From contig JAFGOT010000020.1 in the NCBI GenBank assembly GCA_016926395.1, positions 1-24,726 on the forward strand: DNA of 24,726 bases. The letters run 5' to 3'. The notes under the pieces are model-generated. The model ran no database searches. It saw nothing but the letters and a program-made list of their open reading frames with translations, and had not been told where the DNA came from. The DNA is from Candidatus Woesearchaeota archaeon (GTDB lineage: Archaea; Nanobdellota; Nanobdellia; Woesearchaeales; SKGA01). This document shows positions 9,922-18,579 of the stretch, piece after piece (positions within the stretch are counted from its first letter, which is position 1; each line of letters opens with the position of its first letter). Made by a program: the position numbers and the translations under genes.

Positions 9922-9997
9922 TGGTGGGCTCACCCGGACTCGAACCGGGGATCAATGCCTTGTAAGGGCACTGTCATAGCCACTAGACCATGAGCCC
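9922..9997 (-). tRNA. tRNA-Val (UAC), intronless, CCA encoded
   Basis: Minus strand folds as GGGCTCA/TGAGCCC acceptor, GTGCC-CTTACAA-GGCAT anticodon arm, CCCGG-TTCGAGT-CCGGG T arm, then ACCA; 76 nt. Confidence 0.96.
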
Positions 9998-10032
9998 ATG
10001 CTTAATAAGCAAAAAGAAGTATCGTGGATTCA

Positions 10033-10040
10033 TTTATAAG
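10033..10040 (-). promoter_or_regulatory. TATA box of the tRNA-Val promoter
   Basis: Minus strand CAAAACG-CTTATAAA (BRE-like plus TATA), 35 nt upstream of the mature tRNA 5' end. Confidence 0.6.
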
Positions 10041-10056
10041 CGTTTTGATTGAAACA

Positions 10057-11319
10057 CTAGAATTTAGCAAACTTAGCTTTCTTACCAAGTTCTTCTTCAA
10101 TTCTTAATAGACGATTATACTTAGCTACCCTATCACTTCTAGCAGGAGCGCCGATTTTTATTTGACCCAAACCAAGACCAACACTAAGGTCTGCAATGTA
10201 AGGATCTTCAGTCTCTCCACTTCGATGGCTAACCATCACATTCCAACCAGCACGATCTGCTAAATGAGCAGAAGCTAAACTTTCCGTAATGGAACCTATT
10301 TGATTAATTTTTAGAAGAAGAGCATTACATAATTTTTTGTCAATCGCGAGTTGAACTCTAGCAGGGTTAGTAACAGTTAAATCATCACCAACAATTTGTA
10401 GCTTTTTATTATTTGCAGTAAAAGATTGCCAAGCATTAAAATCATCTTGTTCAAAAGGATCTTCTAAAGAAACAATAGGATAACGAGAAATTAAAGATTC
10501 ATAATAATTTGCAAGTTTCTGTGCAGATAATTTTTTTGTTAAATAAGTTTTCTTAGATTTATTATAAAATTCACTAGACGCAGGATCCATTGCAATTCGA
10601 AGTTTATTTTCATAACCAACATTCTCAATTGCGTTCATCAAAATTTTAAGAGTTTCGTCAGCAGTTTTAACAGGAGGAGCAAAACCACCTTCATCACCAA
10701 CATTGGTTGCATTCTTACCGTACTTTTTTTGAAGAACAGATTTTAGTTCATGATAAGTTTCTGAAACTATTCTAGTGGCTTCACTAAAAGAGTTTGCTTT
10801 GATGGGTGCAATCATGAATTCTTGCATTTCCAAAGCATTACCTGCATGAACACCGCCATTTAATACATTAGCAAAAGGAATTGGAAGAACTAAATTTTTA
10901 TTGTGAAAATTTCCAGCCAAAGATTGATATAAAGTCTTACCAGAAGAATCAGCAATAGCACGCGAAAAAGCCATACTACATGCAAGAATAGCATTCTCCC
11001 CAAGCTTAGCTTTATTAACAGTGTTATCGAGTTTAATTAGAAATGTATCAAAATCCATTTGATCTTTGAAAGTTTTATTTTTTATAGCAGGTGCTATTTT
11101 GGTGTTAACATTTTTTACAGCAACTAAAACACCTTTGCCACCAAAAAGTTTTGTATTATCTCTTAGTTCTAAAGCTTCGTGAATTCCAGTTGATGCACCA
11201 CTTGGAACAATTGCACTAGCAACGCTTTTATTAACATAAATAGTAGCTTCAACAGTGGGATTACCACGTGAATCTAGAACTTGACGAGCAATAACATTTT
11301 TAATTTTATAACCAACCAT
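10057..11319 (-). CDS. eno: Enolase (phosphopyruvate hydratase)
   Basis: DSRGNPTVE, PSGASTG.HEA.ELRD, GDEGGF, EDPF, VGDDL, LLK.NQIG, SHRSGETED, QIK.GAP.RS.R.AKYN.LLRIEEEL. Start ATG 11319, with an AGGTG SD overlapping the glgP stop. Confidence 0.97.
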   Translation of the reverse strand: MVGYKIKNVIARQVLDSRGNPTVEATIYVNKSVASAIVPSGASTGIHEALELRDNTKLFGGKGVLVAVKNVNTKIAPAIKNKTFKDQMDFDTFLIKLDNTVNKAKLGENAILACSMAFSRAIADSSGKTLYQSLAGNFHNKNLVLPIPFANVLNGGVHAGNALEMQEFMIAPIKANSFSEATRIVSETYHELKSVLQKKYGKNATNVGDEGGFAPPVKTADETLKILMNAIENVGYENKLRIAMDPASSEFYNKSKKTYLTKKLSAQKLANYYESLISRYPIVSLEDPFEQDDFNAWQSFTANNKKLQIVGDDLTVTNPARVQLAIDKKLCNALLLKINQIGSITESLASAHLADRAGWNVMVSHRSGETEDPYIADLSVGLGLGQIKIGAPARSDRVAKYNRLLRIEEELGKKAKFAKF

Positions 11320-11323
11320 TAAT

Positions 11324-13063
11324 TTACACCTTATTATTTCTTGCATAAGCACCAACTAAATACTGATTGACCATCCTATGCGTATTAAAGTAAGCAGCAT
11401 TAATTGCAATTGCATTTCTCATAACTGTAACATAAGCCATCGGGTCATTATAGTAAAGAGGCACAATTTGTTTTTCTAATTTTTCATACAAATCATTCGC
11501 ATCCATTTCGTCAATTTTATTATCATCATGTTCAGTAATTATTTCTTGTCCAATACCCCAACCAGTAACACCTTCAATCAAACCTTCAACCCACCAACCA
11601 TCAGGAATTGAAAGAGAAGGAACACCATTGTGAGTTGCTTTCATTCCACTAGTTCCACTTGCTTCAAGAGGGCGCTTTGGAGTATTAAGCCAGAGGTCAA
11701 CACCACTAACCATTTTAAGAGAAACATCCATATTATAATTTTCTAAAAAAACTATATCCACAGTTGGACTTAGTTCTTTTGATAAATTGATTATGTGTTG
11801 AATGATGTGTTTACCATTATCATCATGGGGATGTGCTTTACCTGCAAAAACAAGTTGAATCTTTCCAACAGTTCTAGAAATGTGTTTTAACCAATCAATA
11901 TTTCTAAATAATAATTCTGCCCGTTTGTAACCCGTAGCTCGACGAGCAAAACCAATTGTGAAAATGTTTGTATCAAATTCAACTCCTTGAGTTTCTTTAA
12001 TGTAATCAAACAAATCTTGTTTCGCTTTTTGGTGAGCAGATTGTAATTCTTCCAAAGGAATTTTATAAGAATTTCTAAGTTCTAAAGGATTGACTCTCCA
12101 ATCAATAATGTGTTTATCAAAAACAGCAGCAATTCTATCACTTACCCAAGTTGTTGAATGAACACCATTAGTAATATAGTGAATATGAAATTCAGGAAAC
12201 ATACGTTTTGAAACTTCTTGATGTTTTCGTGCAACAGCATTAACATAAGAAGAATAATTAAGAGCAAGTAAAGTCATATTAAATTTGCCATCACGAGTTA
12301 CAAGATCAAGAATATATTTTGGCATGACACTACCAAGTTGTTTTTCAATCATCTCATTTGGAAAAACATCATGACCTGCAGCAACAGGAGTGTGAGTTGT
12401 AAAAGAACAAAGCTCTTGCAATATTCTTTTTTTCTCATCTTCATAGACTCCTTTTTCATCAGAAAGAGAATGAAGTTCTCGGTATAGTTCCAAAATTAGA
12501 AAAGCGGCATGACCCTCATTCATGTGATACTTTCGTGGATTGTATCCAAGCTCTCTTAAAATTTTAATTCCCCCAATACCGAGAACTATCTCCTGCCTTA
12601 GTCGATAAAGATTATCTCCGCCATAAAGATGACTTGTCAAACCTCTATCATCATCATGATTGTCTTCTAGATTAGTATCTAAAAAAATAATAGAAACTTT
12701 TTTCCCCTTAACACCAACAAGATTGTATCTCCAAGCAGAAACTTTAACAATTCTGCCTTCAATAAAAACATTAATTGTCACGTCGAGTTTTTCAAGTTCT
12801 TTTTCAAACGGCCAAGAAGTATACTCTTCTCGCTGGTAACCCCACTCATCAATATTCTGTTTAAAATATCCTTTTTCATTAAGTAAAGTTACAGCTACAA
12901 CATCGATACCTAAATCTGCAAAAGATTTTAATGTGTCACCAGCTAAAACGCCAAGACCACCACTATAAGTGGGAATATCAGACCTAAAACCAATTTCCAT
13001 ACTAAAGTATGCAATCTGATTTTTTTTAACAGTAAGAAGTTGACGAGTATTTCTAAGTGCCAT
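11324..13063 (-). CDS. glgP: Alpha-glucan (glycogen/starch) phosphorylase, short form
   Basis: YFSMEIG...YSGGLGVLAGD, HMNEGHAAF, FTTHTPV.AGHD, ITNGVH, GFARRAT.YKR, PLP-lysine motif EASGTSGMK. Confidence 0.95.
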   Translation of the reverse strand: MALRNTRQLLTVKKNQIAYFSMEIGFRSDIPTYSGGLGVLAGDTLKSFADLGIDVVAVTLLNEKGYFKQNIDEWGYQREEYTSWPFEKELEKLDVTINVFIEGRIVKVSAWRYNLVGVKGKKVSIIFLDTNLEDNHDDDRGLTSHLYGGDNLYRLRQEIVLGIGGIKILRELGYNPRKYHMNEGHAAFLILELYRELHSLSDEKGVYEDEKKRILQELCSFTTHTPVAAGHDVFPNEMIEKQLGSVMPKYILDLVTRDGKFNMTLLALNYSSYVNAVARKHQEVSKRMFPEFHIHYITNGVHSTTWVSDRIAAVFDKHIIDWRVNPLELRNSYKIPLEELQSAHQKAKQDLFDYIKETQGVEFDTNIFTIGFARRATGYKRAELLFRNIDWLKHISRTVGKIQLVFAGKAHPHDDNGKHIIQHIINLSKELSPTVDIVFLENYNMDVSLKMVSGVDLWLNTPKRPLEASGTSGMKATHNGVPSLSIPDGWWVEGLIEGVTGWGIGQEIITEHDDNKIDEMDANDLYEKLEKQIVPLYYNDPMAYVTVMRNAIAINAAYFNTHRMVNQYLVGAYARNNKV

Positions 13064-13129
13064 TCGTCATAAAAAGAGAAATTATACCTTATAAGTATTT
13101 AGTACCAAGAAACAATAGTAACAATACAA

Positions 13130-13540
13130 TTAATTGTGTTTGAAATCAAGAGTTTTGTCAATTTCTTTAGCAGTAGTTAGTAAATTATCAAACATAATAT
13201 CTACTTGACCTCGCATATCTTCAACAAGATCCTCTAAAGAATTGTGAGGAATATAATATTTATTTGCCTCAGCTACTATAATTCCTGCAGATGTTAAACG
13301 ATTTAAATGATGAACAACAGTTCCTCTGGTTAAACCGGTTTGAATTGCAAGCTCATCACTAGAAAGTTTGACACCTCGTTTTAAAGCACGAACGAGAGTT
13401 ATGAAAATACGATAACAACTCTTATCCTTATCTCTAAGAGTGAAAAGTCCAAGACGCTCACCAAACAAAAGAAGCAAATCATTAATATTGTTCTTTGGCT
13501 GACCACCTTCTCTAATTATCGTGAAACGAGTTATTCGCAT
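13130..13540 (-). CDS. Archaeal winged helix-turn-helix transcriptional regulator (ArsR/TrmB-like fold)
   Basis: LSSDELA..TGLTRGTVVHHLNRL..AGII wHTH signature followed by a C-terminal helix. Confidence 0.8.
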   Translation of the reverse strand: MRITRFTIIREGGQPKNNINDLLLLFGERLGLFTLRDKDKSCYRIFITLVRALKRGVKLSSDELAIQTGLTRGTVVHHLNRLTSAGIIVAEANKYYIPHNSLEDLVEDMRGQVDIMFDNLLTTAKEIDKTLDFKHN

Positions 13541-13697
13541 AATATAGAAAGAAGAAAGCTTGTATTTAAAGATTTCTACACTTGCGTTCCGTTAATCCTG
13601 TGGATGTTAATATAAGGATGTTCAAATAGGCTGTTCTTGAATAATTTTCGGTATTTATAAAGGAAGTCTTTTAAATATCCTTAATTTTAGTTTAAAA

Positions 13698-14363
13698 ATG
13701 CGCATAAAAGAGATCTCTTTAGATAATAGACCTAGAGAAAGAATGGAAAAGCAAGGAGCATCAGTACTTTCAGATGCAGAACTATTAGCAGTCATTTTAC
13801 AAAAAGGAACAAGAGAAGAAAATGTTATTGATATGTCGCATAGATTGATTTCTAAATATGGTGTCGATAAATTGTCATTTTGTAGCTTGAATGAATTGCA
13901 AGAAATTAAAGGGATTGGAAAAGCTAAAGCTTCTCAGATTTTAGCATTGTTTGAATTTAATAAAAGACATACTTTGTCTAAGCAAAACGGTAAACCAATA
14001 AAATCTGCAAAAGATGTTTATGACTATTGTTCTCCTAAACTTGTTGGAACAGACAAAGAACATTTCATGATTTTACATTTAGATACTCGTAATAGAGTAA
14101 TCAAAGATGAAATTGTATCAGTTGGTACTTTGAATAGTTCTTTGATACATCCTCGTGAAGTCTTTAAATCAGCAATCAAAGAAAGTGCAAACTCAGTAAT
14201 CTTAATTCATAATCATCCATCCGGAGTTGTCGAACCATCTGATGAAGATATTAAAATAACGGATGTTTTGATTAAATCTGGAGAATTATTATCTATAAAA
14301 GTACTTGATCATGTAATAGTTGGAAGCGAAGGATATTATAGCTTTAACGAGAGAAGAGATTAA
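13698..14363 (+). CDS. radC: RadC family protein (JAB/MPN domain)
   Basis: RPRER...G...LSDAELLA.IL..GT, HhH IKGIGKAKA, KEHF..L.LD..N.VI, GTLN.SLIHPREVF..AI...A..VIL.HNHPSG..EPS..D, LDHVIVG. Confidence 0.95.
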   Translation: MRIKEISLDNRPRERMEKQGASVLSDAELLAVILQKGTREENVIDMSHRLISKYGVDKLSFCSLNELQEIKGIGKAKASQILALFEFNKRHTLSKQNGKPIKSAKDVYDYCSPKLVGTDKEHFMILHLDTRNRVIKDEIVSVGTLNSSLIHPREVFKSAIKESANSVILIHNHPSGVVEPSDEDIKITDVLIKSGELLSIKVLDHVIVGSEGYYSFNERRD

Positions 14364-15835
14364 CTCTCTGTTGGATTTAAAGTTTTATTAAATTCTTTTG
14401 CACCCGTTATGATCTGATTTGAAATTTTCTTCAGTCTCTTACTTATTTTTTCATCCAGATTAGTTCCTGACTTTAATGTGATTTTTATCTGATCAGGCGA
14501 ATATGAAGGTTTACCTAATTCAATCAACTTTGCAGTAAGTAAATCTGCATCTTTTGATGCCCAATCACTTAATGTTTCAACTTCAAAATGAGTTTTTATC
14601 TGTTGGTAGTTTGAGATTATAAATTCTCTTTCACAAGGAAGAATACCTTCACAAAAAATATTAAATGGTATAACTGAAAGTAATTCATGGGGTGTTATTG
14701 AAGACTTGGTTATTTCACTCCATAAAACTGAATCTGAATAGTCGTAGCCCAACTTAAACCACTCTAAAGCATTATAACATTTTTTTAGATTTTCATTAGA
14801 AAAACTTTGATTAAAAGGTAGTGTGTAAGTCTCACTATTTAACAAATCAAGAGGAACTATTCGAATAATTGCTTCTGAACTTATTTCAACACTATTTTTT
14901 ATGTCTTTTAGGAGACTTTTAGCAGTTTGAAATGTTTCTGTTTTTATAATATAAACTCCAAATCTTGCATAAATAGGCATTTGTGTTGTTCCACCTGACA
15001 TACCCAATCTTGAAAACTTATGAAGATACTCTTTCAGGTTATTTCTATCCGTTGGATTAGTGTTATTTGTAAAAAGAACAAAAGTATTAGATGACTTTGC
15101 TTTTTTAGTAATCTCTTGATTTAATTTTTTTATTGTTTCTTCAGTAATGCCATACGTCGATAGTTTTCCTTCTTTAATAATCTTAATTAAAGTTTCATGC
15201 AAGTTCTTGTTTTGATGAAATTTATCTTTGATTTCAAAAAACTGTAAATCTTTGTAATAATTTGTAATAAAATTAATAATAACTTCTTTAACTTCTTTCT
15301 CAGTAATATTCTCAGATAAATCAATGCTTACTTTTTTTATTATTAATTGATTGTATATCTTTGCAAAATTCTTAATATCTTTATTTACGTGTGAATATTT
15401 AATTCCTAAAGATTCCGAAATTTGTTTTATAGACTCATAATTAATTGGAGATTTATCAAGTTCCCATTTCTTACAATAATAACATAATGTAATTATATGA
15501 ACAAAATCGCTAGTTATTCCTTGAATATTACTTTTTAAAAGTGAATCTACAATTTCTTTTTCAGTAGCAGACTCATCAAACTTTCTTGGTATTTCTAACT
15601 CAGGAAGACTTTTTGCAAAAAAATCTTGAAGATTCTTTGCAACTGTCTTATAGTCATTTTTAGTTTTCTTTCTTAATTTAATATCTGAAATTATATCTTT
15701 CATAGAAAGACCAGTAGCTCCAATTAAAATTCCAAAGATAGTTAAAGAGATTTCTTTATAGATTCCTGCAGGAGCTAAAAGAATAACTAAAACTTCAACA
15801 ATTACCAAAATAATAAAAGATATTAAAACAATCAA
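14360..15835 (-). CDS. Hypothetical protein with two N-terminal TM helices and a large soluble domain
   Basis: 491-codon ORF. TTG start overlaps the hsdS TGA (TTGA) with a GGGGAG SD-like sequence upstream. Residues 2-22 and 30-44 are hydrophobic. Confidence 0.8.
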   Translation of the reverse strand: MIVLISFIILVIVEVLVILLAPAGIYKEISLTIFGILIGATGLSMKDIISDIKLRKKTKNDYKTVAKNLQDFFAKSLPELEIPRKFDESATEKEIVDSLLKSNIQGITSDFVHIITLCYYCKKWELDKSPINYESIKQISESLGIKYSHVNKDIKNFAKIYNQLIIKKVSIDLSENITEKEVKEVIINFITNYYKDLQFFEIKDKFHQNKNLHETLIKIIKEGKLSTYGITEETIKKLNQEITKKAKSSNTFVLFTNNTNPTDRNNLKEYLHKFSRLGMSGGTTQMPIYARFGVYIIKTETFQTAKSLLKDIKNSVEISSEAIIRIVPLDLLNSETYTLPFNQSFSNENLKKCYNALEWFKLGYDYSDSVLWSEITKSSITPHELLSVIPFNIFCEGILPCEREFIISNYQQIKTHFEVETLSDWASKDADLLTAKLIELGKPSYSPDQIKITLKSGTNLDEKISKRLKKISNQIITGAKEFNKTLNPTES

Positions 15836-17004
15836 ACCAACTCCCCCTTAAACGCTTTTTGCATCAATGCATCAAATAACGTGTTTATTTCTTCAGTTGA
15901 AGATTGTTGTTTGGATTGGATTGATTCAATAAGTTGAACTTTCTTTGCAAACTCTTCTTGGAGTGGAAGAGGTGGGACTGATAAAGAAACGTTTTCAACT
16001 GTTTTTTTACTTATTTCTTTAAAAGTTGCTCCTGTCCCAATTGAATTTAGATAATCTTTTCTGGTTAACAACCAAACATAAAGATAGACTGGATGGATTA
16101 ATTCATCATTACAAATTATGTTTTTAAAGCCTTGATTTGAACACATTTCATTTCCCGCAATAGCAACTTTACCTATTGGGGCTCTAGTTGTTAACATAAC
16201 TGTTCCGATTGGGAAAAGTCTGTTACCAATAGATTTTAATCCTGCATCTGATATTTTTCTTTGAGTTTCATAATAGTAATAATTATCTCCATCAATTAAT
16301 TCTGCAGGAGTTATCCAATTTATTTTTCCATTCCAAAATTCTTTATTGGTTGTTTTTGGTGTTGAACCAGAAACGACTTCTCCTATCTCTGAAATTGTTT
16401 TAACACCCCATCCTTTCTCCTTTTTCACAGGGTCGCCAAACATTTCATAAAATAATGATTGAATTATCTTTTGTGTTTCTTTGTTTGTTTCTTCTCGTTT
16501 TTGTTTGAGATTCTTTGCTTTTTCAAGGATTGAAACGATTTGTTTTTGGACTGGGAGAGGTGGGAGAGGAAAGGAAAAATTACGAATATCTTTTAATGAA
16601 AGGAAATTTTGAGTTCCACCCCTTTTATTTTTTTTAATATATCTTTTGAATAAACTACTGCTCAATACATGTTTCAAGAATTTATTATAGATAATATCTT
16701 GATTAAATTTTATCAATGCTACATTTTTAATTGCGAACTCTCTTTCTTTTTTAACAATGATTGGATTTCCTATTGTTCCAATCATGGGCATGATTATATC
16801 TCCATCATCAACAAAGGATCTTTTATTAACTGCATCAAAATCTTCTTTGGAGATTAGATTTGCTGTTGAAAAATCAATTTTTCCATCTTTAACATTTTTT
16901 GAGGTAATTAAAGGATAACCTTCTTGTCTATACTTAGGGGAATCGTGTGTTCCATCACGAACATCACAAATATCATTTAGCTTTACTATTTTAGAATTTT
17001 TCAT
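15832..17004 (-). CDS. hsdS: Type I restriction-modification specificity subunit
   Basis: Two TRDs, each followed by a conserved region (PLPPLPVQKQIV; VPPLPLQEEFA...L...LMQKAFKGEL), plus GSTPKT and GATFKEIS. Start is ATG 17004 (GAGG SD) or 17013. Confidence 0.95.
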   Translation of the reverse strand: MKNSKIVKLNDICDVRDGTHDSPKYRQEGYPLITSKNVKDGKIDFSTANLISKEDFDAVNKRSFVDDGDIIMPMIGTIGNPIIVKKEREFAIKNVALIKFNQDIIYNKFLKHVLSSSLFKRYIKKNKRGGTQNFLSLKDIRNFSFPLPPLPVQKQIVSILEKAKNLKQKREETNKETQKIIQSLFYEMFGDPVKKEKGWGVKTISEIGEVVSGSTPKTTNKEFWNGKINWITPAELIDGDNYYYYETQRKISDAGLKSIGNRLFPIGTVMLTTRAPIGKVAIAGNEMCSNQGFKNIICNDELIHPVYLYVWLLTRKDYLNSIGTGATFKEISKKTVENVSLSVPPLPLQEEFAKKVQLIESIQSKQQSSTEEINTLFDALMQKAFKGELV

Positions 17005-17671
17005 TTTGAACATCCTCTTGATTAATTACTTTAGTAACATCATTAATTATTACTTCAAAAGCTTTAAGCTCTTCTGAGAAATATTTAAGATAAATTTTAT
17101 CTAACTCATTAAAAATTGAATCTGTATCGTTTTGTAATAAGAAAATATCGTCATTTATCTTGTGCAATAACCTGTTATTCTCTTTATCAAAAAATGTTTT
17201 ATGTTTGGGATTATTACACCCTTGTGTAAAAAGAACATCTTCTTCTTTTATTTCAGAAAGTGATTTCCAAAACTCTTTAGCAATATGTAGTTTTGAAGGA
17301 AGTGCTTTAATACTATATGCGCAATCAATACAGAATAATTCATTTTTATTCACATCTTCAGACTTAACAAAGTATTTACTAATAATTGGATATATCTCAA
17401 AAGCTAGGGATTCACATTTCTTTGCAAATTTTTCTAACTGTTCTTTTGTGATTGTTGCTCTAAAAATTGAATGAGATTCATTTGTATCTTGGTTTTTTAC
17501 ATGGATATCAAAAAAAGCCCCTTCTTCAACTTCTTTTGTATAAGCAGTTATGTGAAATTTGTTTTCTTTCTTATATGTTATTGGAATAACAAGACCGTCT
17601 TTTGAATTAGCCAAAGCTACAAAGTCCTCATAATTCTCTGAAATAGGAAAATAAATCTTGTCTTTGCTCAT
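16991..17671 (-). CDS. Hypothetical protein (226 aa) inside the hsd operon
   Basis: ATGA overlap with the upstream gene and overlap with the hsdS start; no recognised family. Confidence 0.78.
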   Translation of the reverse strand: MSKDKIYFPISENYEDFVALANSKDGLVIPITYKKENKFHITAYTKEVEEGAFFDIHVKNQDTNESHSIFRATITKEQLEKFAKKCESLAFEIYPIISKYFVKSEDVNKNELFCIDCAYSIKALPSKLHIAKEFWKSLSEIKEEDVLFTQGCNNPKHKTFFDKENNRLLHKINDDIFLLQNDTDSIFNELDKIYLKYFSEELKAFEVIINDVTKVINQEDVQNEKF

Positions 17672-18576
17672 TTTGAAACCTCATTTAATAACAAACAAAT
17701 CGTCATAACTTCATTCATTTGAAATCTTGCTGTTTCTCTTAGAAATTCAGAATCATCAAATTTTTCATTCGGACTATGTGATTTAAGTTTACTTCTCAAC
17801 CCATATACGCAAGCAATTTGTGATTTAATCTTTCCTTTAAACTCGGGCAATGTAAATATTCCTTTAAAATTATTTTTTTGAAAGTCTGCATAGTTATCTA
17901 CTGCAGATTTATCCATATTGCCAGTTTTAATCTTTAGAAATCTTTCAAGAGTTAAATAAGAATTTTCAATAGAACCTTTAAAATCTTTTTGAGTAAAATT
18001 TATGATAGAGTTAGTGAAGTACTCATTAGTCTTTTTGTCTTTAATTAAATCAAAAAACTGTTCTTTTGTTTGTTCTTCTTGCTCGTTTAATTTATTCTCA
18101 ATATATAAACGATCTAAAATTTTATTGTATGAAAATTGATAAGGTATTTTATGATAATCTAACAAGTTATTAAATGCTTTAATAAATTCAACTAAAATGT
18201 TACTTGTATCGTATCTTCTGGAACTAAAACTTCCAGTAACATGTTGTTCATATCTTTGAATTCTCTCAGACATACAATCAACATATAACTCTATACAAGA
18301 AAATAACTCATTTAGCTCACAATAAATAAAATAGTTTTCAAAATTATTCAAATGTTTTGAATCGATTAAGTATTTTAATTTAGATTTCATTAAATCTAAA
18401 GTATCGTTTGAATAAGTTCCAGTTATTACTGCAACACTAGAGGTATCTAATTGATTTAAATCAAAATCGTTGAAAAGCATAAGAATTTTCTTTCTTATTT
18501 CTACTGGAAAATAATCTTTATTTAATTCAGAATTTTTCTTTCTTTCTTTAAATAAACCTCTAGGAATTAATTTCAT
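17668..18576 (-). CDS. Putative HEPN-domain protein (AbiJ/Abi_C-like)
   Basis: All-helical C-terminus with DFKGSIENSYLTLERFLK (conserved-E helix, E211) and R261-SKLKS-H267 (Rx5H). Starts 3 nt after the hsdM stop. Family call by motif only. Confidence 0.62.
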   Translation of the reverse strand: MKLIPRGLFKERKKNSELNKDYFPVEIRKKILMLFNDFDLNQLDTSSVAVITGTYSNDTLDLMKSKLKYLIDSKHLNNFENYFIYCELNELFSCIELYVDCMSERIQRYEQHVTGSFSSRRYDTSNILVEFIKAFNNLLDYHKIPYQFSYNKILDRLYIENKLNEQEEQTKEQFFDLIKDKKTNEYFTNSIINFTQKDFKGSIENSYLTLERFLKIKTGNMDKSAVDNYADFQKNNFKGIFTLPEFKGKIKSQIACVYGLRSKLKSHSPNEKFDDSEFLRETARFQMNEVMTICLLLNEVSK

Positions 18577-18579
18577 CTT

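Noticed and set aside
13053-13070. Five-codon upstream ORF (MTNGT*) overlapping the glgP start
   Set aside because: Its ATG is only 17 nt from the TATA box, so it probably lies upstream of the transcription start.
13602-13622. Direct repeat GGATGTT-N7-GGATGTT between the divergent wHTH and radC promoters
   Set aside because: Two 7-mers are too short to distinguish from chance without homologous loci.
14846-15088. CRISPR-Cas system suggested by the Cas2-like segment
   Set aside because: No repeat-spacer array and no other cas-like gene are visible in the window.
16551-16570. Tandem repeat tgggagagg in hsdS
   Set aside because: It simply encodes the conserved PLPPLP motif of HsdS.
16628-16635. 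Homopolymer run in hsdS as a phase-variation switch, and hsdS shuffling
   Set aside because: Runs of 7-9 A/T are common throughout this AT-rich window. There is only one hsdS, with no flanking inverted repeats or recombinase.
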